Shown here piece after piece: positions 39,856-51,837 of a DNA stretch of 64,000 nucleotides. Position 1 is the stretch's first letter. Each line of letters opens with the position of its first letter. Source of the DNA: Anaeramoeba ignava BMAN (taxonomy: Eukaryota > Protista > Anaeramoebae); NCBI GenBank assembly GCA_028826165.1, contig JAPDFW010000070.1, forward strand, positions 248,001 to 312,000. Direction: 5' to 3'. Below the pieces are notes generated by a model that saw only the letters and a program-made list of their open reading frames with translations, did no database searches and was not told where the DNA came from. The translations under genes were made by a program, and so were the position numbers.

Positions 39856-40379
39856 TTTTTAATTAACCAGAAAGAATAAAAAAAAGTTTCTCTTTTTAAT
39901 TAATTTGTTTTTTAATTTGTTTTTCTTTGTTGTTTTTTTTTTTTTAAAAATTTTTTTTTCAATAAGAAAAAAAGAAAAAATGAATTTTTTTTTTTAAAAT
40001 GGTTATTTTTTTTTAAAAAAAAATGTTATTTAAAAAAAAATTTATAAATTGTTATTTAATATCAATAACAATAATTAAAGTATAAAAAAAAAAGAAAATC
40101 AAAATGAAAAGAAAAGGAAAAAAAAAATGAAAATTAAAATTAAAATTGAAATAAATGGAAATTTTTTTTGAATTAAATTGAATTAAAGATTCCTTTTAAA
40201 TGCTTCGTCATATCTTATAGTGATTTTATAATTAATTTTATTTTTCTCTATTTTTAAGATCTTTAAATAAAAATTAAAAATTTAAAATTAAAAATTTAAA
40301 TTAAAAATTAAAAAGAAAGAAAGTGGAATGAGACTTTTTATTCGAGTTTTAAAAAATGAAAAAAAGCAAAAAAAAAAAA

Positions 40380-40600
40380 CGAAAAAAAACGAAAAAATGA
40401 AAATGAAATGAAAATGAAAATGAAAAAGAAAAAGAAAATGAAAATGAAAATGAAATGAAAATGAAAATGAAAAGAAAATGAAAATGAAAAAAAGAAAATG
40501 AAAATGAAAATGAAAATGAAAATGAAAATGAAAATGAAATGAAATGAAAATGAAATGAAAATGAAAAAGAAAATGAAATGAAAATGAAAAGCAAAAGCAA
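40380..40600. repeat. (GAAAAT)n degenerate microsatellite
   Basis: Directly visible downstream of the 40611 stop. Confidence 0.85.
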
Positions 40601-40610
40601 AAGGTAAAAA

Positions 40611-42614
40611 TTAATGACGAATGAAATATTCATAATCAAACTCAAAATTTTTAGTCTCACCCTTTTTCAAAACAACACACCACAAAATAGTTGAACTATT
40701 ATTAAAATCAGCACGATAACCAGAAATCCAATCATCTGAACGGAAACCAGCAACAGTAATCTGACCATTTTCATTAGATTTAGTAACTTTACCACCGACA
40801 ACAAGAGTTAGTTCAAAAGTGACATCTTTTCCAGCGAAATTTGAGATACCAAGTTGAGCTTTATTAGAAATCAAAGCGTAATCATAAGAATCCTTTCTAT
40901 AGTGTTTAAGCTTGCGACCAACCTCCTGGACATTAATCTTTTTAGGCTGGATATCAACAGCAATAGTAACATCAACGCGAACCTTTTGTTTAGGGGGTGT
41001 ATAAGTGATCATACTTTGAGCCAAAGGTTTTTCCTTTTGGAATATCATGACAGGCCCAGTTGTAAATGGGATTGTGGAAGTGTTAGTGATCTCGTATTTG
41101 TGCCAGACGGGATTCTTGGTGACTGTGGGATCGGGTTGTGTGTAGTGCATGGAGGAAAGAGCAGAGCAATCAGTTTGTACGTGATAATCCAAAACATAGA
41201 TGTCTTTATAAGGTAAGTTCATTCCTGAAAGAAGTGATACGCCTGCTCGATGATCTGTGTGGAGAGAAAGCTTTGGAATATGATATGTGAAAAGATCCTC
41301 GATCTTGGTCGTTTTGATTTGATCAGAATCCTCAATGATATCTTCATTTATATTATCTTCAATTTCTTGAATTTGATTTGAATGTGGAAGTTGTACAACT
41401 TGTTGTGTCATGATCGCATTTGAAAATCGATTGTCGAATTGCTGATAGTCATATCCCCGGTTATATCTGTTGGTTTGGTGCTCTTGAAACTCCCATGATC
41501 TGTGGGATTTTTTCGTTCAATAGATTCTTGATTGTTGGTTCTAATGAGAACGGACTAATTGTGTCCCGAAATTTGAAAGAAGGCACTCCAACAACCAGTT
41601 CCAAATACGCATCAACAAGACTCTCTCCGGCGTTGATAATCTCTGCTTGGCAAGAAAGATCAAGAATTTGCTTTGGCGTTTTTTTGTCTTCGGTGATTTC
41701 CATTTGCTCAGATTTTGGGGCAACCTGAATTCGATATGTGGGAATCCATCTAATCACTCCAACAACAAAATAGACAATAATCAACTCTCTTGTAATAAGC
41801 TCTCCTTTCTTCTCATCTTGCTTGTCCGATTTTTCCTTCTCGTCAATGGAAAGTTCGCTGTCTGTTGTGGTTTTTTTTTGATCTTTTTCCGAATTCTCAT
41901 TGTTTTTTTGGTCTTTTTCTTGCTTGTCTTCTTCTTTTGGTTCGAAGCGGAAAGTCAATCTCTTGGTTGTTTTCGTGATGATCTTCTTTGTGTAAAGCTT
42001 GCTGTTTTGCGGAAGAATCAATTGCTGCACTTGATCAATACGTACTATATGATCTCCTTGATCGTTTGAAATGACAAAAAGATTTCCTTTAATTGCTTCT
42101 GATCGGTATGATCGTGAAAGGTCAGGCAACCCACTTGTTTGCACGGGTTTATCGGTCTTCTCCTCATCAATATTGTTCACTAATGCTTCCCTAATTGTAC
42201 CGGAAATCACTTTATCTTTTGGTAATAAAACAGTGCATTTACTTCCTTTATTTGAATCAAGAAGTTGAAAAAAATCAGTGCAAAGAACCCTTTCTTTTGA
42301 CTTCTCCTTCGTTGTTTGAACTCCTGCATCAAAACTGATTAATTTCCCATCTTTTGGATCAACCCAAACTGAACCAAGTATTGTGTTTTGTGGAACGTCT
42401 TCTGTCCAATATGTGTTGTTTCTGCTTGTACCAACTCCTTTCTTAATTATTAAGCAATCTCCGTTTTTAAAAACTAAAACCTAATTTGAAAAAAAAATAA
42501 TTTGAAAAAAAAAGCAAAAAAAAATTAATTTGATTTGTGAAAAATTTATTCTTAATATAATTGTTTTATTTTTACTTTTTCTGTTGTAAGTTTTAATTCT
42601 CCACTTGTTGACAT
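40611..42614 (-). CDS. Bacterial-like DUF4139-type protein. Exons 42614-42576 and 42480-40611.
   Basis: MSTSGELKLTTEK|VLVFKNG, VPQNTILGSVW, RWIPTYRI, AEIINAGESL..LELVVGVPSF, FSNAIMTQ, NPVWH..ITNTS.IPFTTGP..QSMITYTP. One 1-nt frameshift near 41474 and visibly higher GC. Family assignment is from memory. Confidence 0.65.
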
Positions 42615-42896
42615 TTTTTAAATAACTAAAAAATGAAAAATGAAAAAAAAAAAATTAAAAAATCAAATAAAAAGAAAAAAAGAAAAAAAGAAATGAAAAT
42701 TTTTTAATTTAAGAAAAATTTGTTTTTAAACTTATTTTTGGTTCTCATTTTATTATTTTTAATTTAATTTAAAGTTAGAACCAAAAATTAATTTATTTTT
42801 TTTTTCTTTTTATTAAAAAAAAAAGGAGAAATTTTAATTCCTTTTTTTTTTTCCCTCTTTGATCAAAAATTTTTTCTTCAATATTAAATCAAAAAT

Positions 42897-43583
42897 AAGA
42901 ATAGATTTAATTTAATATTTAATTTATAAATTAATTTAAAAATATAATTTAATATTTAATTTTATTATTAAAATAATAATTTAATGTTTTAAATTTAAAT
43001 ATTTTATTATTTAAATATTTAACATATAAATATAAAAAATAAGAATAGATTTAATTTAATATTTAATTTATAAATTAATTTAAAAATATAATTTAATATT
43101 TAATTTCATGTTTAAAATAATAATTTATTGTTTTAGATTTAAATATTTTATTATTTAAATATTTAACATATAAATATAAAAATAAGAATAGATTTAATTT
43201 AATATTTAATTTATAAATTAATTTAAAAATATAATTTAATATTTAATTTCATTATTAAAATAATATTTTAATGTTTTAGATTTAAATATTTTATTATTTA
43301 AAATAACATATAAATATAAAAATAAGAATAGATTTAATTTAATATTTAATTTATAAATTAATTTAAAAATATAATTTAATATTTAATTTTATGTTTAAAA
43401 TAATAATTTAATGTTTTAGATTTAATTATTTTATTATTTAAATATTTAACATAAAAATATAAAAATGGGAATAGATTTAATTTAATATTTAATTTATAAA
43501 TTAATTTAAAAATATAATTTAATATTTAATTTTATGTTTAAAATAATAATTTATTGTTTTATATTTAAATATTTTATTATTTA
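42897..43583. repeat. 144-bp tandem repeat family A, second array (about 4.8 units)
   Basis: Units at 42897, 43041, 43184, 43324 and 43467; same sequence as the 22818 array. Confidence 0.95.
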
Positions 43584-43879
43584 AAAATATTTTGAAAATT
43601 GATTTTTTTTTTATAATAAAAATTAATAAAAAAAAATAATAATTTATTAATAAATTAATTTAAAATAATAAATAAAAAAGAAAATTAAATTAATTATTAA
43701 TTTAAATTTATTCTCATTTTTTATATAAATTTAATTTCCAAAAAAAGGAAAAATATTTTTTATTTTAAAATTCCAATTTTTTTTTTCATTTTTTTCCTTT
43801 TTTTTTTTAAAACAAAAACAAAAACAAAAACAAAAACAAAAGCAAAAACACAACAAACAAAAACACAAAAACAAACAAA

Positions 43880-46018
43880 ATGGATAATAATAATAATAAT
43901 AACCAAATTGAAAATGAAAATGAAATTCAAAATGAAAATCAAAATGAAATGAAAAATTTACAAAAAAAAGTAACAAAAAATTTAATTGAAGATTATTCAA
44001 ACCTTTTAAATGGAAATTCATTTAAAGATTTTTCAATTTTTGTTGAGAATGAATCAAATCCTTTTGAAATTAAAGTTCATAAATCAATTTTATCTTCAAG
44101 ATCTCCTTTTTTTAATAAGTCATTAAGGCAAGAATCTCTTTCTATTTCTTTAAATCAATTTAATAAAAAAGAAATGGAATCAATTTTGAAATATATTTAT
44201 TATGGAAATATTTCTTTTGAGAATCAAGAAAATCTTTTTCAATTATTGGAAATTTCAATTTATTTTAAATTAAATTTATTGAAAGAATTTATTCAAAAAA
44301 AAATTTCAAATTCAATTAATTATTCAAATTTTTTCCAAATTTTATTCCAAAATCGAAATTTAAATTTAAATGAAATTGAAATAAAATGTTTTGAATTAAT
44401 AAATCAAAATTTTTCCCAAATTCAGAATAATGAGAATTTATTCAATTTAACTAAAGAAGAAATTATCAAATTTATTCAATTTAAACAAGAAAAAAAAGAA
44501 ATTTTTCAATTTGATTTTTTTCAATTTTTAAATAATTGGATTGAAAAAAGAAATGAAAGATTAAAAGGAAAGAAAGAAAAAGAAAAGGGAATTGAAAAGA
44601 AAAGATTATTTCATTCTTTTTTTTCATTATTTGATAAAGATTCAATTTCAAAACAAGATTTTGATAAATTAAATCAATTTCATATTTTTCTTCCAAATTC
44701 TTTTTTAATTAATCTTGAAAGAAATATTTTTCAAATTCAAGATCTGTCAAATCAAACAAAAATCAAAGAAAAAGATAAACAAATCAAAGAAAAAGAAAAT
44801 AAAATTAAAAGAAGAGATAAAAGAATCAAGTTATTTGAATCAGAAAACCAAAATTTGAAATTAGAAAATGAAAAACAAAAATTGGATAATGAAAAGAAAG
44901 AAAAGAAAATAAATTCCAAAAGAAAAGAAATTTCGAAGTTGAGATCTGAAAATCAAAAGAAAGATAAAGAAAATCAGAAGAAACATAAAATTCTCAAGGA
45001 AAAAGATAAGCAAATCCAAAATCTTAAATTATCATTTGAGAAAGAAATTTATCAGGAAAATCAAAATGAAAAAGAGAAATCAAATCGCAAGGAAAATAAA
45101 ATCTTGGATATTTTTTCAAATTCAAAAATTATTAAAGATATCGAATATGTTAAGAAATTAAAAGAATGGATAAATGATGATGAATCCTTTTCTAAAATGA
45201 GAAAAGGATTTTCAGCAAAAAGAAATGAATTTAAAGGTAAAAAATGGCATAAAGCAGTTGATGATAAAGGAAAAACATTAGTTGTTATCAAAACAAAAGA
45301 TAATTTTATTTTTGGAGGATTTACTCAAGTTGGATGGACAAATGATAAATCAAAATGGAGTTTTGATTATGGAAATTGGGGATATATTCCCGATTCAAAT
45401 GCATTTATTTTTTCATTAAGAAATGATAAAGGAGATAGAAAACCAGAAAAGTTTACAATTAAAAAACGTTCAAAAGAATTTGCAATTTTTTATAATTCTA
45501 TTAGCGGTCCGATTTTGGGAGGTAAATATTTTTTATTCAAGAATTTTTTCTTTCATTGAAAGTAAAATAATAAATAATCCAAAATATTAATATAATAAAT
45601 AATAATATTATTTTAAATTAAATTATTATTAATTATTATTATTAAAATTAATTATTTTTCTTTATTAAAATAGATTGTAAATAATTTATATTTAATAAAT
45701 ATTTTTTTTATAATTAAAATTTAATTCATAAATAAATTCAAATATTAAAATAATAAATAATATCATTACTTCAATATAAAAGAAAATGAATTTAAATTCA
45801 ATTATTATTAATTATTATTAAAATTAATTATTTATATTTATTAAAATATTTTAGCCGATTTTGGTTTATTTGATAATTTACATCATGGTTATACAAAATT
45901 TGGATCCAGTTACAATTTACCCAATGGAATTCAAGAAGGAACAGATGAAGCTAAAAGTTATTTAGCTGGTTCTTTTGATAAATGGAAAGTTGATGAACTT
46001 GAAACTTATTTCATTTAA
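43880..46018 (+). CDS. BTB + coiled-coil + TLDc protein, copy 2 (intact). Exons 43880-45521 and 45855-46018.
   Basis: BTB near-identical to copy 1. The TLDc domain is completed after intron 45522-45854: GPILG|ADFGLFDN...YLAGSFDKWKVDELETYFI*. Confidence 0.88.
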
Positions 46019-46661
46019 AAACTATTTTATCATTTTTTTTTCAAAATTTGATTCAATTTTCATTTACTTTCAATCAAACCAAATTCTTCAAATCAATAAA
46101 TAAGAAACAAATCAAATTTCAACAAATTGAATTTTAATTTAAAAATATTATTAAAAATTTGATTAATCAAAAATAAACCAAAATAAAAATTGAAAATAGA
46201 AATTAATAATAATTAAATTTAAATTCTTTATTACTAGATAAATTAAGAAAGAAATCAATTAAAATTTATTATTAATTATTATTAAAATTCATTACTTATC
46301 TTTATTAAAATATTTCTATTTTTTTTCTAAATTTATTAAATTTTTGGGAATAATTTTATATTATTTTTAATAAAGGAAATATTAATAAAATATATAAAAT
46401 AGGATTAATTTTCAAGTTAATTATTTAATATTATTTATTTCATTTTTGAAATAAAATTAATAAAATATTTTTATTAAATTTATTAAATTTTTGAGAATAG
46501 GTTTAATTTAGTATTTAATTTAAAAATTAATTTAAAATAATATTTAATATTTAGTGTCATGTTCAAAACAATCATTTATTAATTAAAAATTTTAAAAAAT
46601 TTAGATAAAATAAAAAGGAAAATCGAAATTTCATTTTTTTTAATTGTTTTTTTTTTTAAAA

Positions 46662-49600
46662 ATGTCTAAGTTTCATTCACCTTTTAAACATCGAGGACAA
46701 AAACAAACAAAAACAACATTTTCAATAGCATTTACATCAATATATCATTTAGCGTTAAGAAATTGTACAGTTTGGATTCAATGGAAAAGAGGTTCACATT
46801 CAGGAATTTCAAAAAAATCATTTCTTGATAAATATGGACATACAAGTTGGAGTGATGAATTTAAATTTCCTGCAACACTTTTTAAACCAAAAAAGACAGA
46901 TATTTTAGAACCCAAGAATCTTCATATTTTTGTTAGATTAGTAAATATTATTTTTTATATATTTGGAAAATTTATTTCAATTATCAAAATCAAAATTAAA
47001 TTCAAAATCAAAATTAAAATCAAAATCAAAATCAAAATAAAAATAAAAATCAAAACCAAAATTAAAATCAAAATTTAAATTCAAATCCAAAATTAAAATT
47101 AAAATTAAAATCAAAATCAAAATAAAAATCAAAATCAAAATCAAAATTAAAATCAAAATCAAAATCAAAATAAAAATTAAAATCAAAATTTAAAATCAAA
47201 ATTAAAATCAAAATCAAATTCAAAATTAAAATCAAAATTAAAATAAAAATAAAAATCAAAATCAAAATCAAAATCAAAATTAAAATCAAAATCAAAATTA
47301 AAATCAAAATTAAAATTAAAATCAAAATTAAAATTCAAAATCAAAATCAAAATTAAAATTTAAAATCAAAATAAAAATTAAAATTAAAATTAAAATTAAA
47401 ATCAAAATCAAAATCAAAATCAAAATCAAAATCAAAATCAAAATAAAAATAAAAATCAAAATTTAAAATCAAAATTAAAATCAAAATCAAATTCAAAATT
47501 AAAATCAAAATCAAAATCAAAATTAAAATCAAAATCAAAATTAAAATAAAAATAAAAATCAAAATTAAAATCAAAATTGAAATTAAAATTAAAATCAAAA
47601 TCAAAATCAAAATTAAAATCAAAATCAAATTTGAAAAGGATAAAGAACAAAAAAAAGGAAGTATAATAATTGGAAAATTAGTAATTAATATTGCTAAATT
47701 TTTCAACCAAAATGAACCAGTTGTTAAAGAATATAAATTAAATATCAAAAATCATTTACAACATAAATTTCATCCAACAATAATTATTTGTATGCAAATG
47801 ATAAAAGAAATTAAACTTGAAAAAATACCACAATTATTATCCAATCCAAAAATTCAACAACAAATAAAAGAATTGGAATCATTTCATAATAAATTACTTT
47901 CTCAAGATTTTACAGAAGAAGAATATACAGAACTTACTAATAAATCAAGTTTGGGAACAGAAACAACAACTTCTGAGCATGAAAAACAACATAATAATCA
48001 TCATTATAACCAAATAATTTTAAATGAAAACGAGAATAAAAATCAAAAAGAAGAAAAATCAAACAATCAAAAAGTATTTAAATCCAAAATCAAATTAAAT
48101 CAAAATCAAAATCAAAATCAAAATCAAAATCAAAATCAAAATCAAAATCAAAATCAAAATCAAAATCAAAATCAAAATCAAAATCAAAATCAAAATCAAA
48201 ATCAAAATTAAATTTAAATCCAAAATTAAAATCAAACAATCAAAAAGTATTTAAATCCAAAATCAAAATCAAAATCAAAATCAAAATTTAAATCAAAATC
48301 AAAATCAAATTAAATTTAAATCCAAAATTAAAATTTAAATCAAAATCAAAATTAAAATCAAAATCAAAATCAAAATCAAAATCAAAATTAAATCCAAAAT
48401 TAAAATCAAACAATCAAAAAGTATTTAAATCCAAAATCAAATTCAAAATCAAAATCAAAATTAAAATCAAAATTAAAATTAAATTTAAATCCAAAATTAA
48501 AATTAAAATTAAAATTAAAATTAAAATCAAAATCAAAATCAATATTTAAATCAAATCAAAATCAAAATCAAATCAAATTTAAATCCAAAAATGTTGAAAA
48601 AAAATTTTTCAAAAATTAAAAACATTTTTCATTTTTCATTTTATTTAATTTTTTTTCTCATTTCTTTACTTAAATTTTTTTGTTATAAAAATTAATTAGA
48701 ATAACAACAAAATGATTTCTAACAATAATCCAAAACAAGGGATAAACATTGAAAACATTGAAAATATTGCAAATCTTGAAAATATCGAAAAGAAAAAAAG
48801 TATTTTAAATTTTTTATGAATAAAATTTTTTTTCTCTTATATCCCAAATTTTATAAAAATCAAACATAACAAAAGTCAAACAAACTTCAAAAATCTCACA
48901 TGAAAAAATTCACGAGAAAACAGATTATGTTGTAGAATCACTTTTTAGCGATGCAAAAAACGGGATATCAAAAAGAACAAACGAGGATATTGAGCAAATC
49001 ATAAATCATCAAAGCGGACTTATTGAACAACTGAAGAAGCATATCGACAACTTGGAGCATCAAATCGAAGTCCACACAATAATAGAGCAAGAACGGTGGT
49101 TAATCGACAGGCTATTTTATTTCACAGATTCGATATACAGTAACGGAGTACCAGTTCCTGCATCGTTGATGATGAAATTTTTTCTTTTTCATAATGCTTT
49201 TGATCAACGAAATGAAAAGCTATTAGCCATCTTTTGCGAGTGTTTTGAACTGCTTGTGCAAGCGCAGAAAGATAACAAATACAATCTTGTGTGGCTTCTT
49301 TCAAATATCTCTTTTATGATCCGGCTTTTATGGGGACTTTTTCCTCAAATCATCGAAGAAGAATTCAAAAAAACATCAGAAATTTTATCTGAAAACCAGA
49401 ATCAAAAACAAGAAATGGACCATTCAAATCTTGTTGTGTTTATGGATAAATCAAATCATGAACAAATTGTTAAATTTCATAAGCAACTAATCTCACTCGC
49501 ACTTAATATCTTTATGTTGCTTATAGAAGTTATTCAAGACCAAATAAATTCAAAGTTAACAAGAGATTTTCTTATTCACAAACCGTTGGGTCAAACTCCT

Positions 49601-51417
49601 CAAAGAGCACCTAAACAAAAGGGTCTTACTTCAATTAATCATCTTGATGAATTGGCTGCTTTGTTGAAAGAAAATTATCTTCCTAAATCTATTATTGCAA
49701 AAATTTTCACTCATATTTTACATAATATTAACTCGGTTTTATTGATAGAACTTATGAATCATCGTGAGTTTTGTCATTCTGCCAATGGTTTTCAAGTTAA
49801 AATTTCACTTTCTTTTCTTGAAAGTTGGGTTTCGAATGTTGAGCTTTCAGAATTAAAGTATAAAAATATTTAAAAATTTTTATATATTTAAAAATGAATT
49901 TAAAAATGAATTTATAAACAAATTTAAAAATGAATTTAAAAATGAATTTAAAAATGAATTTATAAACAAATTTAAAAATAAATTTAAAAATGAATTTAAA
50001 AATGAATTTATAAACAAATTTAAAAATAAATTTAAAAATAAATTTAAAAATAAATTTAAAAATAAATTTAAAAATGAATTTAAAAATAAATTTATAAACA
50101 AATTTAAAAATGAATTTATAAACAAATTTAAAAACAAATTTAAAAACATTTAAAAATGAATTTAAAAATGAATTTAAAAATGAATTTAAAAATGAATTTA
50201 AAAATGAATTTAAAAATGTATTTAAAAATGTATTTATAAACAAATTTAAATATGAATTTAAAAATGAATTTATAAACAAATTTAAATATGAATTTAAAAA
50301 TGAATTTATAAACAAATTTAAAAATGAATTTAAAAATGAATTTAAAAATGAATTTATAAACAAATTTAAATATGAATTTAAAAATGAATTTAAAAATGAA
50401 TTTATAAACAAATTTAAAAACAAATTTAAAAACAAATTTAGAAACAAATTTAAAAATTAATTTAAAAATAAATTTAAATTTAAAAATAAATTTAAAAATA
50501 AATTTAAAAATAAATTTAAAAATAAATTTATAAACAAATTTAAAAATAAATTTAAAAATGAATTTAAAAATGAATTTATAAACAAATTTAAAAATGAATT
50601 TAAAAATGAATTTATAAATGAATTTAAAAATAAATTTATAAACAAATTTAAAAATGAATTTATAAACAAATTTAAAAATTAATTTAAGAATGAATTTATA
50701 AATGAATTTATAAACAAATTTAAAAATGAATTTAAAAATGAATTTAAAAATAAATTTAGAAATAAATTTATAAACAAATTTAAAAATAAATTTAGAAATA
50801 AATTTAAAAATAAATTTAAAAATAAATTTAAGAATGAATTTAAAAATGAATTTATAAACAAATTTAAAAATAAATTTAAAAATGAATTTAAAAATAAATA
50901 TAGTCAAGAACTTGCTCCAATTAAACAAGCATGTGATTGTATTTCAATGAATAAGATTATTATAAAAGATTTAGTGAATAATTATTCAGTTTGTAATGAT
51001 ATTTGTCCTAAATTATCATCAAGTCAAATTCACAAACTTCTTTCAAATTTTATACCAGATGAGTAAAATAAAAATTATTAAAAAAATTATTTAAAAAGAT
51101 TATTAAAAAAATTATCAAAAAAATTATTTAAAAAATTATTAAAAAAATTATTTAAAAAATTATCTAAAAAAAGAATTGATCCAGAACCACTTACAAAATT
51201 CCAACTTCAAGAATTTGAGAACTTTTCTTCTCATTCAATAGAAAAAAAGAAAAGTATTGAAACTCCAATTATTGAAAATTCAGATTTTTTTGGAATTGAT
51301 AGATCTATTGTAAATTGGGATCAAACTCCTGTTCCAATTTTAATAAGAAAAAATGAAAATTTAACTTTTTTAAAAATACCTTTAAAAGAATTAATTGAAG
51401 ATGGCTTTAAAAAATAA
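46662..51417 (+). CDS. NT-C2 (EEIG1/EHBP1-type) + coiled-coil + DIL (Dilute) domain protein, 6 exons
   Basis: Exons 46662-46940, 47639-48073, 48700-48799, 48876-49857, 50904-51062 and 51174-51417. NT-C2 has VWIQWKRG and IIGKLVINIAKF; DIL has FCHSANGFQVKISLSFLESW, ELAPIKQAC and CPKLSSSQIHKLLSNFIPDE. Confidence 0.82.
49858..50903 (+). repeat. 1.05-kb intron of 12-bp repeats (tttaaaaatgaa / tttataaacaaa)
   Basis: Directly visible and GT-AG bounded. Confidence 0.9.
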
Positions 51418-51837
51418 TACAAAAAGAAACAAACACAAATTTTTCTTTTTTCTTTTTCTTTTTTTTTTAATTGAAATAAGAAGAAAAATCTTAATCAAAA
51501 AAAGTTCTCCTTTTTTAATTTTAATTTTTAATTTTGATTTTTAATTTTAATTTTGATTTAAATTTTAATTTTAATTTTTAATTTTGATTTTAATTTTAAT
51601 TTTAATTTTAATTTTAATTTTTTTGGACTTTAGTTGTTAAACTTAAAAAATCAAGTAAATCTCTTTTTTAAAAGTTAATTCTCTTTTTTTGATTTTTTTG
51701 ATTTAAATTTTTTTTTTTTTTTCATTTTTCTTTTTTCACTTTTATTTTTATTCTTTTTTTTTTTGTTGTTATTGTTTTTGATAAATTAATTTTCTTTTTG
51801 ATTATTTAAAAAAAAAAACAAACAATTTTAATCGAAA

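Noticed and set aside
13940-41480. Programmed ribosomal frameshifting
   Set aside because: The directions are mixed, there is no shared slippery or stimulatory element, and all sites are in homopolymer runs. Sequencing error is the simpler explanation.
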